Source of the DNA: Octopus sinensis
Lineage: Eukaryota
Direction: 5' to 3'
Length of the DNA stretch: 64,000 nt
Assembly (NCBI RefSeq): GCF_006345805.1
Contig: NC_042999.1
Coordinates: forward strand, 157,604,001 to 157,668,000
Shown here: positions 51,042 through 63,944 of the stretch, piece by piece
Position numbering within the stretch: the first letter of the stretch is position 1
How the letters are laid out: each line of letters starts with the position of its first letter
Made by a program: the position numbers and the translations under genes
The notes under the pieces: model-generated
Seen by the model: the letters and a program-made list of their open reading frames with translations, nothing else
Told to the model about the DNA's origin: nothing
Databases searched by the model: none

Positions 51042-51768
51042 CTTGAAAATAAACAAAGAGAGTATTTTACAATAATTATCTCTTGAACGCATTATTATCG
51101 GCTTTTGTTTCATCTTCTTAATGTTTTTTCGAATTAATGACAAAATATGTATTAGAAAAGAAGTTAATTAAGCAAATGAGGATATGAGTCATTAAATTAA
51201 TGGATAACTCAATCAAAGGTTATGAAATTTTCTCTATAGCAAAACAGCACAAATCCTGTCACAGACAGGATTTGCATTGTTCTAATTAGATACATCATTA
51301 CATTGTATGGCATAAGCTTATTTTTCTTGTTTCATTATTATACACAGTCTTAAAGCGGCGAGCTAGCAGAATCGTTAGCAAGCCGGGGAAAATGCTTAGC
51401 GGCATTTCGTCCGCCTTTACGTTTTGAGTCCGAATTCCACCGAGGTTAATTTTTGGTTAAAGTACTGCTACAACTATAAGACAGATAACATTTAGGACGT
51501 TCAAATAATAAAATAGTTCCTCCATATCCATTTGAGTTGTGCCAGAGCAAAGCAACAGAGTAAGAAGAGGAGGTAAAAACGACAGCACTCAGCAAACGTC
51601 CATCGGTAATTTTCCCAAATCATTCTTTTTAGGTTCAAGGTCACTCATATTTGGTTTGCCAAACACTTATATATCAGAAGCCGGAAAAAGGTGTATGCTT
51701 CGGAAGTTTCCTTTGCAACTACAGGGTTTTGTGTTCGCTTCCACTGCGGGGCATTTTGCATAAATACC

Positions 51769-52002
51769 TATTTCTTTATTACCCACAAGGGGCTAAACAC
51801 AGAGGGGACAAACAAGGACAGACATAGGTATTAAGTCGATTACATCGACCCCAGTGCGTAACTGGTACTTAATTTATCGACCCCGAAAGGATGAAAGGCA
51901 AAGTCGACCTCGGCGGAATTTGAACTCACAATGTAACGCAGACGAAATACCACTAAGCATTTCGCCCGGCGTGCTAACGTTTCTGCCAGCTCGCCGCCTT
52001 GT
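51769..52002 (-). mobile_element. SINE family B, full length, 16-bp TSD
   Basis: TSD attttgcataaatacc (51753-51768, 52003-52018). Confidence 0.9.
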
Positions 52003-52029
52003 ATTTTGCATAAATACCGTCAACTATTA

Positions 52030-52430
52030 CGCTGCGTGGTACCTTGGGCCAGAGTCTTTGTCATAGCCTCGGGCCAATCAAAGCCTTGTGAGTAGATTTG
52101 GTAGAAACACTGTAAGATGCCTGTCGTATACTTCTGTGTATAAGTGTGTGTAAGTGTGTGTGTGTGTAAGTGTGTGTGTGAGTGAGTATGTGTGTGTGTG
52201 TGTGTGCGCGTTTGTCTTGGTGTGTGTTTGCACCTCGCCAACCACTTGGCAACCGGTATTGGTTTGCTTACGCCCCCGTACCATAGCGGTTCGGCAAAAG
52301 AGATCGATAGAATAAGTACCAGAGTAAGAAAAAAAAGTACAGGGAACGATTTGTTTGACTAAAAACCCTTTAGGAAGGTGTCCCAGCATTGCAGTAGTCC
52401 AATGACTGAAACAAGTAAAATAAAAGATAT
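52030..52430 (+). mobile_element. Diverged SINE family A copy
   Basis: Recognisable core and tail. Confidence 0.75.
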
Positions 52431-52589
52431 TGACCTTACTTTAAAGGTCATATTTACTCGATGCTTATCTAAACTGTGTTTTGATTGGTTTGATCTGCAA
52501 CCAGCATCAGGTGCCTTATTCTTGGTTGTTTACACGGGTCTCTGATTGAATTGGAAATAGATACCTGCATGTTTGATTTTGTTTATATA

Positions 52590-53111
52590 CCGTAAATCCT
52601 CGAGTATAATCCACATTTTCCCCACCAAATTTAATGGTCAAAATCCCTAGTGTGTACTATATACGAGGTTAAAAAGGAAAAATATTTTCTAAGCAATGTC
52701 TGAGTCTCTATTTGCTATCTGGCAATGTTTATTCAGATGCATTTTGTGATATCAGGCATGAAAATACCTTAAGCTAAGCCTGAAAGCAATGAAGTCGTAA
52801 AAGAATCATCCATAACTTGCAGTAAGCAACATTTATTAAAATAAAAGTATTCAGAACACAGAATAACATGTAACAAAAACAATTTGCAAACATATTTACA
52901 TTCTCATATAACAGTTAAGAACATCACCATTATTGTATTGCGCATGCGTGGAAGTGTTTGTTTGACTAGGTGCTGCTGGCTTAATTACGCACGACTCAAG
53001 TTAGAGAAGGGGTGCGTATTATACACAAGGTTTAGGCTTTTCAGAGGTATATCCCACCCAAAATATCCTGCGTATTATACTCGAGGGCGGACTATACTCG
53101 AGGATTTACAG
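52590..53111. mobile_element. Tc1/mariner-pogo-type MITE, 23-bp TIRs, TA TSD
   Basis: TA|CCGTAAATCCTCGAGTATAATCC ... GGACTATACTCGAGGATTTACAG|TA. Confidence 0.85.
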
Positions 53112-53589
53112 TACCTCGTGCTGCTGCTTCTAATTCATATTTGAATTTTTTTCTGAGGCATGAAACGTTGGGACATGCCAGCTGATGGTTCTTAAACCAT
53201 TTAACATGTAGTCATAGTCGGCGATATAGCTTGCAGCAGGCCTTGTTCGGTATGCGGCATTGATAAGTCAAAACTGACGATACATCGATGTCTGTAGTTC
53301 CGAAAAAGGGATATGATGTGAGTTGACTCGCTTGTCTATGACTTACTTTCAGGTATTTTACATGGGGGGTATTGAGAATATGTTCTCTTACGCCTAAAAC
53401 AGAAAAAAGTGCAGCCGCCCCTCGAACTAACAACACACTTCGTGTATGTGTGTTAGATTTTATTTAGATATCTTTATTTTATAAACTAAGAGTAGTAATA
53501 TTCTTATCTAATTACCCATTTGTGCAAGTTTCCTTGTTAAGTTCCTGTTTGAGGGTGAAGTTTGCATCACATCCAGGAATAAGTCATTT

Positions 53590-54175
53590 TATTTCTATAT
53601 TGCCCACAAGGGGTTAAACAAGGACAGACAAGCGGATTAAGTCGATTACATCGACCCCAGTGCGTAACTGGTACTTAATTTATCGACCCCGAAAGGATGA
53701 AAAGCAAAGTCGACCTCGGCGGAATTTGATCTCAGAACGTAACAGCAGACGAAATACCTATTTCTTTATTACCCACAAGGGGCTAAACACAGAGGGGACA
53801 AACAAGGACAGACATAGGTATTAAGTCGATTACATCGACCCCAGTGCGTAACTGGTACTTAATTTATCGACCCCGAAAGGATGAAAAGCAAAGTCGACCT
53901 CGGCGGAATTTGATCTCAGAACGTAACAGCAGACGAAATACCTATTTCTTTATTACCCACAAGGGGCTAAACACAGAGGGGACAAACAAGGACAGACATA
54001 GGTATTAAGTCGATTACATCGACCCCAGTGCGTAACTGGTACTTAATTTATCGACCCCGAAAGGATGAAAAGCAAAGTCGACCTCGGGGGAATTTGATCT
54101 CAGAACGTAACGGCAGACGAAATACCGCTAAGCATTTCGCCCGGCGTGCTAACGTTTCTGCGAGCTCGCCGCCTT
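53590..54175 (-). mobile_element. SINE family B trimer inside one 19-bp TSD
   Basis: TSD atcca(g/a)gaataagtcattt (53571-53589, 54176-54194). Confidence 0.9.
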
Positions 54176-54894
54176 ATCCAAGAATAAGTCATTTGATATC
54201 GATGGAGATCAAGCCGCTTGCAACATTAAGTGGATTTACATATTGTTAACATATACGTTAAAGTTGAGATTAATTGTTTGAAAAATTATAATTTAAACAC
54301 ATGCACACCTACACATACACTTAAACCATTTCTAGTGATTATAGTTAAGTAGAAAAGGATGTAATTTATAAATTGACTGATTGGAGCTTTTTAAGTTAAT
54401 TGTTAGGCCTGTGTAGAGAAAATGATTTTGAATTTTGCGACATTTGCAGAAATTAAATTAAAGCTGCATTTGAGATGCAAACTTTGTTAGTTTTATATTT
54501 CCCCATTAACTTAAATCGTATATTTCTGTTGCTAGTTTGTTCTGTTCTTTTAAGTTTCCATAAACATTTCGTCCGTAAACATCAGCATGGTAAAATGGCT
54601 GAAAGAGAAGATACAACAAAATAAACAAAGCGTTGCAAGCCAGTGTAGTTTTTTTTAGAGGAGTAAGTAGTGTACAAACGGAGTATTGGTCACTTATTAA
54701 GCTAGTCATCAGAATTAAAAAAAAATTTTCGGTAGATGATGGTTGTTTAAGAAACTGGACTTTGAACTACAGCGCCAAATAGCCAGAGCTGCGTTCTTGC
54801 AACTGTTTTGTGCATAGATGATCTTTAGTCACTCCACATCACTCTAGTTAGGTATCGATTTATATGTACTAGAGTGATTCGTCCAAGTTGAACA

Positions 54895-54939
54895 ATGAAA
54901 GATTTGGAAGAGCAACAAATTTGCGTGAAATTCTATTTC

Positions 54940-54990
<51 letters not shown>

Positions 54991-56880
54991 CACCGCACAC
55001 CCAAAATACATAGATACTTTTCTAAAGTTGCATCAAGCCTATGAGGGAAATTATTTGAGCTGTACGCAATGTCAAGAGTTCTACCATGGTTTTAAACTGG
55101 GAAGATTATCCACCGAAAACGATTCCAAACCAGGATGGCTTTTCACCACAATAGACAAAGATTACATTGCGAAAGCGTGTGCTGTGATTCGTGACAATCG
55201 TCACCTGACTCTCCGTACATTTTTGCAAAGAATAAAAATATCTTCTTCTGTAAAAGTTCGTGCTACATAATTTTGATAGAAAAAAAAATGATGTAACGTG
55301 TTATCGTAAAATTTGTGAACAGAGAACAAAGTTATTGTGAACTAGCTGGACCCGTGAATATTTCACGAAATTAATGGTAAACCTATTGGGTCATTTTTGG
55401 AAACTTTATCCAAAAAACCTGAAAGCATAGCCTGTGCTGTGTTTGCATGGAAAGGTAGTCGCTCATCTGCTACTCATTGAAAAATGAAAGAAACTGAAAT
55501 ACGATGATTACTTAATGTATTTTATATATACACTTTATATACTTTATGCACAATTTTATAGACTTAATACACAACCCTCATTAAAGAAATATTCACTCTT
55601 ATTTTTCCAGTTTTCCCATAAAATGCACACATCTGCCACGTAAATAAGCGTGAGTATTTCACGGAATTGTACTTATGAGCATGTGTTAAGTGATAGGTGG
55701 TATAAAAAAACTTAGTTCAATTTTAGAAAATACACTTTTCAATATCCAATCACCCCAACCATCATCTCTCCCCTCTCTCCACCTCTCCCTCTCCCTCCTC
55801 TCTCTTCGCTCTCTCTGTACCTTTCTTAAACCTCACCATCAGAACATCACCCCTCTGCTAAATTTATATTTTTAACTCCCCTCCCCTCCATCATCACTCC
55901 CTTCAACTAACTTTTTAAATCATGAAATAAATATTACGTTCCCCCTACCTCAAGTTATGGACGCTTCTCTCTCTTTTTTCTCTTTCCGTTATTTTCTCTG
56001 TCTGTCTTTTCTTTCTCCCTCTTTCTGTCTCACTCTTCACCTTATCTTTTTCTCTCCTTTTTCTTTCTTCTCCCTGAGCTAATCACGTGAAAGCGCGACA
56101 ATTACATTCCTTCTACCTCACGTCATGGACGCCTCTCTCTCTCTCATTATCTCTAATCACGTGAAAGCGTTACCGACGGGCTAAGTAATGGAATGACAAG
56201 CAGAATTATTATAAGATTAGTTTATATTTGATAATTCAAATGCTGATGAAAACTTTCTGAAAAGTGTCAAAGCAAGTGACAAAGTGTGGATAACAGTTAC
56301 TATATCGAAAAAAAAGTGTATGTGTGTATGTGTGTGAGATGGAATGGGGATGTTAGTCATCCCATCAGGTTGGATATTGGCACATCGTTCCAAAAAGAAG
56401 CACCAAAACCAAGTAAGCATGTTTTAATCGCTCAAATATGGTTGTGATGTTGATCGTCATTTTTGATTGGAAGGAGGTTGCTCATAAGCTTCACCTACGT
56501 CTTCTGACGGTTGATAAGAGTTTTATCTGGATGTCCCGGAGTGTTTGAAAGACACAGTACGAAAGAAGAGGTCTGAGACAAGGATACTCGGCCACCCATT
56601 CACCACACTTTACCTATGACTGTTTGCCAAAGAACGAGGCAACTTTCATTTTTCAGCCGCCAAACTTTCCTGATTTGGTTCACGCAGGTTTCTTTGAATT
56701 GAAGTTTACCCACGAAAGATCGCCAGTTGCAGATGAGAGAAGAATTCGAAGAAAATTCGATTGGGTAAAGTGGCATAGCCCTTGAAATGTCTTATTGGAA
56801 ACGCTCCAAACGTTGGGAGACGTAAGAAGCGATGTATCAACACAAGTTGAAATTATTTCGAATAAATTGTGCATAAAACA
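54895..56880 (+). pseudogene. Mariner transposase relic split by an (AC)n tract and a Helitron-like element
   Basis: N-part EQQICVKFYFK...LSCTQCQEFYHGFKLGRLSTENDSKPG...IRDNRHLT; after 56370 VMLIVIFDWK...FYLDV...DTVRKKR and QPPNFPDLVHAGFF...WKRSKRWE. Confidence 0.75.
55342..56216 (-). mobile_element. Helitron-like non-autonomous element (875 bp)
   Basis: A|TCTTATAAT start; hairpin CGTGAA-tat-TTCACG then CTAG|T end. Confidence 0.7.
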
Positions 56881-57548
56881 ATAACATTTTTCTTTCTTTT
56901 AAATTCGTTTCCGTTTTGGATAGACAGCGTATACAAAAGATATTTGCTTCAAGCTGAGATTGATCAATGATCTTAGTTTGATAGTTAGTTTACTATTTGT
57001 CAACTTCGTTAACAGACACAAACTAAAAATGTCAGCTGCCAGCTTTCTTCTGTGTCTTAATTTCCCTCTTAATGCATTACTTCTCAGCAGCAAGTTAATC
57101 ATACTGACAGTTATATGATATTCGATATGTTTCTACTGACAGTTTGTATATACTGTATAATAAACATAAGCAGGCTTTCACCCTTCATTCTCACAACGTA
57201 GAAGCTTTTATACAGTTCCTTGTCATGCTAGAAAAAGAACATCCCCCAAACCTTTTCTTCAAAAAAAAAAAAAGGAAAGATATATTAGCATATATAGTTC
57301 TTGATATATATATCCTCATTTGCTTATATATAAAAGAAAAACAGTAAAAATGCGCTAGTCATAGCTGGAATGCCTTTAATTGTGAGCCTGTTCAATGAGT
57401 CTGTTCAATCAGGACACAACAACAACAAATCAACAACAGCGACAACTCAAGAGAGTACAATTTTAGAAACTGAGCTCATAATTATGTTTGTTGTGTTACC
57501 AGCTTTGTTGTCAAAATACATACATACATACATGCATACATACATACA

Positions 57549-57579
<31 letters not shown>

Positions 57580-57595
57580 CTATCTATCTATCTAC

Positions 57596-57693
<98 letters not shown>

Positions 57694-57984
57694 TGGTGAA
57701 ACCAACAACCCAGTAAAAATAGCCCTCCCAGTAAAAATAGACCAGTAGCCGGTCATCAAGAAAGGGTCAAGGGTCGAAGAGTTGAGAGTCGACAGTTCTA
57801 GTCAGTGTCTTGCGGAGCTATCAACGATAGTAAGAGAGAAGTTAGTATATTACTATTCCGGTACGAACAGATACAGCGGTATCCGATGGCTAGTAACTAT
57901 TGTGGTTACTAGCGTAAAACAGCAGTCACACATCACATCAGTGGGAGGATCCTACTTTACAACATATATATGTGTATATATATT

Positions 57985-58700
57985 CTTTTATTCTTTTACT
58001 TGTTTCAGTCATTTGACTGCTGCCATGCTGGAGCACCGCCTTTAGTCGAGGAAATCGACCCCAGGACTTATTCTTTGTAAGCTTAGTACATATTCTATCA
58101 GCTTTCTTGGCCGAACCGCTAAGCTACGGGCACGTAAACACGCTAACATCGGTTGTCAAGCGATGGTGGTGGACAAACACAGACAGACAGACATACATAA
58201 ACACACACACACAAACAATTTACAGTCACACTTAGACTTAATACTTACACAAACATACTTTGTGTGCGTATGTATTAGTTACATATATTTCCTCCGTCTT
58301 CCTTTTCTCTTGTACTTACCTCTGTCTCCTGTTTCTGAAAAAGAGCTTTGCTCGAAACCCAAAACATCCGTTCTCTCCTTCCCTGGGCGCCTTATTAATA
58401 CTTTGCTTGTACTACGTCCTCGCGTTATTGTATTTTTCTTGTCTTTTTTTCTCTGTTTTTTTTATTAACAATTAGTTACATATATATATGTATGTGTATG
58501 TGTGTGTGTTTCATTCTCTCTCTCTCTCTCTCTCTCTCACTCTCTCACACACACGCACACACTCTCTCTCTCTCTTCCATCTTTCCGTTTACCAAATCCA
58601 CTCACAAGGCTTTGGTGGGCCCCGATGCTATACTAGAAGACGGACTAAACCGGGAACCACGTAGCTGGGAAGCTAGCTTCTTACCACACAGCCACGTCTG
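57985..58700 (-). mobile_element. SINE family A split into 57985-58190 and 58570-58700 by a PLE-derived repeat and microsatellites
   Basis: Both halves are colinear with family A; the middle carries a degenerate hammerhead at 58331-58365. Confidence 0.7.
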
Positions 58701-58784
58701 TCTCATACCTTGGTTATATATATCGTGATTATGTATTTGTTTTGCAAGATTACTGTTGTGAAATCGTGTGTTGAAACAGATATT

Positions 58785-59367
58785 CTTTTCTACTCTAGGC
58801 ACAAGGCCCGAAATTTTGGAGGAGGGGGCAAGTCGATTAGATCGATCCCAGTGCACAGCTGGTACTTAATTTATGGACTCCGAAAGGATGAAAGGCAAAG
58901 TCGACCTCGGTGGAATTTGAACTCAGAACGTAAAGACAGACGAAATACCTATTTCTTTACTACCCACAAGGGGCTAAACAGAGAGAGGACAAACAAGGAC
59001 AGACAAACGGATTAAGTCGATTATATCGACCCCAGTGCGTAACTGGTACTTAATTTATGGACCCCGAAAGGATGAAAGGCAAAGTCGACCTCGGTGGAAT
59101 TTGAACTCAGAAAGTAAAGACAGACGAAATACCTATTTCTTTACTACCCACAAGGGGCTAAACACAGTGGGGACAAACAAGGACAGACAAACTGAATAAG
59201 TCGATTATATCGACCCCAGTGCGAAACTGGTACTTATTTAATCGACCCCGAAAGGATGAAAGGCAAAGTCGACCTCGACAGAATTTGAACTCAGAACGTA
59301 AAGACAGACGAAATACCGCTAAGCATTTCGCCCGGCGTGCCTAACATTTCTGCCAGTTCGCCACCCT
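58785..59367 (-). mobile_element. SINE family B hetero-trimer inside one 16-bp TSD
   Basis: Head plus two tail-1 units plus one tail-2 unit. TSD tgttgaaacagatatt (58769-58784, 59383-59398). Confidence 0.9.
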
Positions 59368-59856
59368 TTATATAACAATATCTGTTGAAACAGATATTGT
59401 TATATTTTGAGATGGTCATTTTCTTTGCCAAACAAGCACAAACGCGCTATATACATGCTCTTCACTTCAGCTTTATTATTACTTATAATACTTGTCCTTT
59501 GAAATATTTCGTCACACTTGTGACCTCTGCAGCGACTCTCCATCCCACGTGTCTCCTCCTGTACTGTTTAGTCTATTCTCAGAACACACACACACATACA
59601 CACACACATACAAACACACACACACACACACACACACATACACACACAAACACACACACACACACAGAGTTTCTGTCTACTAATTTTAATTCAGGGAGCA
59701 GTAATCAATCTGAGGACACTGCAAGGATGCTTCCCCAAGGTACCACACACCTAACCTGGATCGAATCCGTGGCTAGTTGAAGCGAACTACTTATTCACAT
59801 AGCAACATTTGCATTTACTATATAATTAATAAAATATGCATCAAAGTTTTGTATAC

Positions 59857-60024
59857 CTTCTCAATATAAGAATTCTTTCCGTTTGGCGAAGTCAAACAGT
59901 CTGTTGTAATTCTCCGATCTCGGCAACAAGACTGTGGTATTATTGTGGTTGTTCCATTGTAATTCTTTGTCCAGAGATTGGTTCTTTCAAAATCAGTGTA
60001 ATTATTAACACCACAGCACTCAAA
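59857..60024 (-). CDS. Tetraspanin exon encoding the EC2 variable domain
   Basis: TTCTTTTATAG|FECCGVNNYTDFERTNLWTKNYNGTTTIIPQSCCRDRRITTDCLTSPNGKNSYIEK|GT. 168 nt, phase 0, CCG and PxSCC signatures. Upstream exons were not found in the window. Confidence 0.95.
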
Positions 60025-61478
60025 CTATAAAAGAATACATATAAATTAAAATATATATTTAAGTATTGCATACTACAAAGAAAATGAATAGAAGGATATG
60101 TTTAAGTTTCGTGTGTTATTTTGAGTGTCCTAGATATGACTTCATTCTGCCTCCGGTCGTGGGAGCCCTGATTCAGGAGCTTGAGTTTTGAGGAGTGTGG
60201 ACCCACCACGTAGCTATTATTGTCCACCATATCTACTCTAAATCGTAATAATAGTAACTGTAAGAGCCCCAGCTATGAGTTAATGGCATGTAGCCACCCG
60301 AGTTGGAAACAAGCGATGCAGCATGATGAATGTGAACTACTTCGGCAAATGAACTTAATGAATATGGATGAGCAGACAATTTGTCAACAGCCAGGATCAA
60401 CCAGTTCAGTTAGCAACGAACTACTTCTATTATCCGTTGTCATGGCGTGCGAAGATGAAATATTTCAGCTAGCGAAAGACCAATGTGGCTAAAACCCTAC
60501 AGAAGTTCATGCCGCATCGCTTGATCAGGGCGTCTGATGTGGAAGAGTTACTTTGGCAAGACACCCGACCAAATGATGATTATTATGAAATGTATATAGA
60601 TAAATACAAGTTTAAGTATAGTGTACTAAATACGACTACTTCAGAGAAAGAAAATAGCTATATCTATAAAATGCAAAATGTGTGTGTGTTTGTGTGTGTG
60701 TACGTGAATATAATTTATGCACGCCCACACATTAGCACGCAGGTCGCTCCAATTTTAGGAAAACGTTGGTCACGACCATGGCTGTGTTTTTGTCAACTTA
60801 TTTTTCCTGAGGCACCCGCGGATGGCAGTAAAAATCGATTTTCAACAATAACTTTTACCAATTTTCACGTCGGTGAAATCCGTAAGTTTGCTAATATGAG
60901 TTAAGTCCCCTGTCTAGTAATGGCGGAAAAGAAAAAGAAAGGGTAAATTTTTAGATTAACACCCGCACGATTTTCATTAAGAAAAAGAAAAAACTCGGAT
61001 CTTTTGCGTGGAATCAAGTACCCTGACCTCCTAATATGCTGCAAATCCCTTATTGTTGTTTGGGATGGGGCGAGGGGACACCCCCCCCATCCCAGAATCA
61101 TTGGAAATTTTCTTTTACATTGGTGACCTAATATGCTACAACACCCTTTTTGGGGTTCGAAAAACAGGGTGGGGTGAAGTGGAAGCCTCAGAAATTTCAC
61201 CCCCACCACATTGATCTTTTCACCTGCACGATTTTCACCAAGGAAAAAAAAATAGAAATCGGATTTTTTTGTGTGGAATCAAGTACCCTGACTTCCTAAT
61301 ATGCTACAAAACCTTTTTTTGGGGTCCGAAAAACGGGCTGGGGGTGAGGTGGAAGCCTCTGAAATTTTATCCATTCCCAACATTTTACAGAAATAAATTT
61401 TTCAGAGTCTGAATTACATGCTTCGTTGTTAAATATATATATATATGTATAATATGTAACATTTATTCGGTAGCAATG

Positions 61479-61537
61479 ATAAAACTCCGAGTTTCGGATG
61501 TCGGGGCGGAAATCCACGCCGCTATCTCTTCAGTTAT
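61479..61537 (-). ncRNA. Type I hammerhead motif (GUU triplet)
   Basis: ATAA-CTGAAGA-imperfect GC-rich stem II-GAAAC-TCGGA-GTT-TTAT; stem III ACTC/GAGT. Confidence 0.6.
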
Positions 61538-61929
61538 TCGGCCATCGAATAAAATGCTATGAAAATGGCTGTTAAACAAAGGGAAATTACTGTGTGATTG
61601 ACCGTTATTAAGACAAAAGGGCTATGAATGACTGCTAAGTGAGGAGAGGGAGTGAGTAAAAATGTTCATAGTATTCGCGTAAGCGCATGTCCATACATAC
61701 ACATGCGCGCCCGCACACCCACGTACATGCGCCTATAAGTATATATTTATTCACCTTCACTTGAAACACACACATGCTCACCCATATATTTGCCAAAAAT
61801 AATTACATACCCCCCACACACGCGCGCACAAAAAAGGTTCATACACACATCTATATACGCTCATGCACTAGAAAAAACAGGGCTAAAGGCAAAATACGCA
61901 ATGTGCGATGCACGCGTGTATTGCATTGG

Positions 61930-62286
61930 CTCGAGTACTGTTAGAAGGGGAGATCAATGTTTTATAAATCTGCTTAGCCGTTTCCAGCTAGCAGATTGGT
62001 ATAAACTAGACGACACAAACGCTCCATTAGGACAAAGATGAATAGCGACGAATAATCTAGATCTTATCTAGACAGAATGCTAATTAGGGAACTGGGTAAG
62101 AACTTAGTTAGTCGTTCACATTTTCACTATGGCAGCTACAGCGACCACAAATTTGTGACCTGTGAGCTTGACGTCGATTTTATTATAAACTTTTAATTGA
62201 TTTTATATATTTGTGTTTTTAATCCTGGCCCTAGATCATTGTATTGTCCCCTCTATGTTTGGCCCACTGTGGGCAATAAAGAATTA
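61930..62286 (+). pseudogene. Tx1/L1-type APE endonuclease C-terminal fragment joined directly to a 3' tail
   Basis: LLSRFQLADWYKLD...RSYLDRMLIR...HFHYGSYSDHKFVTCELD (YLDR and SDH motifs), then ~100 nt ending gtcccctctatgtttggcccactgtgggcaataaagaatta. Confidence 0.75.
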
Positions 62287-62302
62287 AGAATCGTTAGCAC
62301 GC

Positions 62303-63944
62303 CTGTTGGTGTCGGTCGTCTTTTTTACGGATAAATGCAAAACGTTGAACAGAAAAAAAAAGGTTAGTGAAAAATTGAAAATTGTGAAAATTGAGCTTAA
62401 TTTGTTATTGTATTGTTGAACACTTGTATTGCTGTTTTATGGATGAATTGTTTTGCGCTGTTCCCCTTTTGTAGAGGGCTGCGTAGCTTCAAGGATGTCC
62501 AATTCGAATATCATGCGCTCGTCTGAGTATTACTCCACAGAAGAGGAACTCCTTAGAGCAACTGACAACGAAGACAAAATGAATTTTGCAAAGACAGCTA
62601 AAAGTCACCAGAAAAATATTAATTTGAACCAGATTGGAATGTTTAATGAACTATTGAAAAAAGAGGGGAAAAATGTAAATGTGTCCCCGCCCCAATATGT
62701 CATGTTAAGTCAAAAGGAGAAACTGTGTTTCGAACGCTCTTGGCGGAGAGTAAAAAAATTGAAATAATGACGTAAAATCAAAAAGAAAAAGCGTTAAAGC
62801 CCATATGGGGCGAAATAATGCATATAAATAGAGGCAGGAAGTACGGCACAGTGGAGGTGCGGTTCAGGGATGCAGCAACCACCAGGCTGCACTCTGTAAC
62901 CCCGCTGAAGACGAAGGAGGTAGTTCTTTTACCCACATATCTCGGAAGGTGTACTTCTAGGAAGAGGGTGGAAGACATACCCCCAGAGAGAGATGCAGCC
63001 TGGTTAGTTGACGCGATCCTGTTAGGTTTGGAGGAGAAAGTGGTAGTCCTCTAAGCCACGTTCCCGGCCCATCAGAACTGACAGGCGCAAGGGCTGGAGA
63101 TACTGATTCAAGCTACCCCTGAAGACATTGGAAATATGATTGAAACCATCACGGTAGAAGATGTAGTACTGAAGGTTAAAGTGGGGGAAGAATCCCTAGG
63201 TGTTACCAATATGGCCAAAAGAGTCACATTAGGGTTGACTGCCCTTCACCTTCCGCTGACGCCAAAAACAAAAAGGAAACCGCACCTCCGCCCCCTCCAG
63301 AAACCAATATAGAAACAAAATTAAAGGAAGGATGGGAAAAATAGAAAAGAAAAGAGTCCCACCACATGCCCACCCAGCGCCCACCCAAACCCACTTTGCC
63401 ACACCCTTCCGCTCAACCACCGGTCCTTCCCCTACCCCGACCGACATGGAAAAATTTTGCATGCACTCATAGGTGTCTCAAAATTCCCAAATAAAAAAAG
63501 AAAACAAAGTAACAAAATTCATTTTTTTTTAATAAACAATTGTTAACCGAAATCAAGAGTTTGGAAAGTGCGAGATTGGTAAATATTTGGAACCAAATCC
63601 CCACGCATTTGAGATGTGCAATAATCGATACAATAAACAAAAAGAAATTGGAGAATTATGAGGAAGGGAAATACTTCGAAATCAAAATTGGAAAAAATAG
63701 AAATACCGTGCATGATAAGTGCTGAAAAATTTAAATTCAAACTTTAATATTAACGTTGCAGACTTTGTTAAAAAAAGTTATCAAAAGTGAAATGATGGCG
63801 CCCGGAGGTGGGGGCTGAGCGTCGTCATTACATACATCTTTCATTTTTCAATTTCACCCTTTCATCCGTTTCACCTACCCACATGTTTGTATTATCTTGT
63901 ATTGTCCCCTCAGTATTTCGCCCCTTGTGGGTAATAAATAATTC
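62303..63944 (+). mobile_element. Degenerate ORF1-only Tx1/L1-like element (1642 bp) with 16-bp TSD
   Basis: TSD agaatc(g/a)ttagcacgc (62287-62302, 63945-63960). HINRGRKYGTV...PLKTKEVVLLPTYLG...WLVDAILLGL, then GRIPRCYQYGQKSHIRVDCP knuckle relic; no EN/RT; SINE-B-type tail. Confidence 0.8.

Noticed and set aside
53212-53436. ORF with faint piggyBac/pogo-like words
   Set aside because: The alignment is too weak to assign by eye.
54506-54612. Strong minus-strand acceptor (ttctctttcag) as an alternative tetraspanin terminal exon
   Set aside because: It would delete TM4 and the sixth cysteine; no supporting motif, and such acceptors are common by chance.
60220-60600. Overlapping ORFs with a Copia-like 'SHPSWKQAM' word
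   Set aside because: The similarity does not extend and frames break; no splice sites tie it to the tetraspanin.
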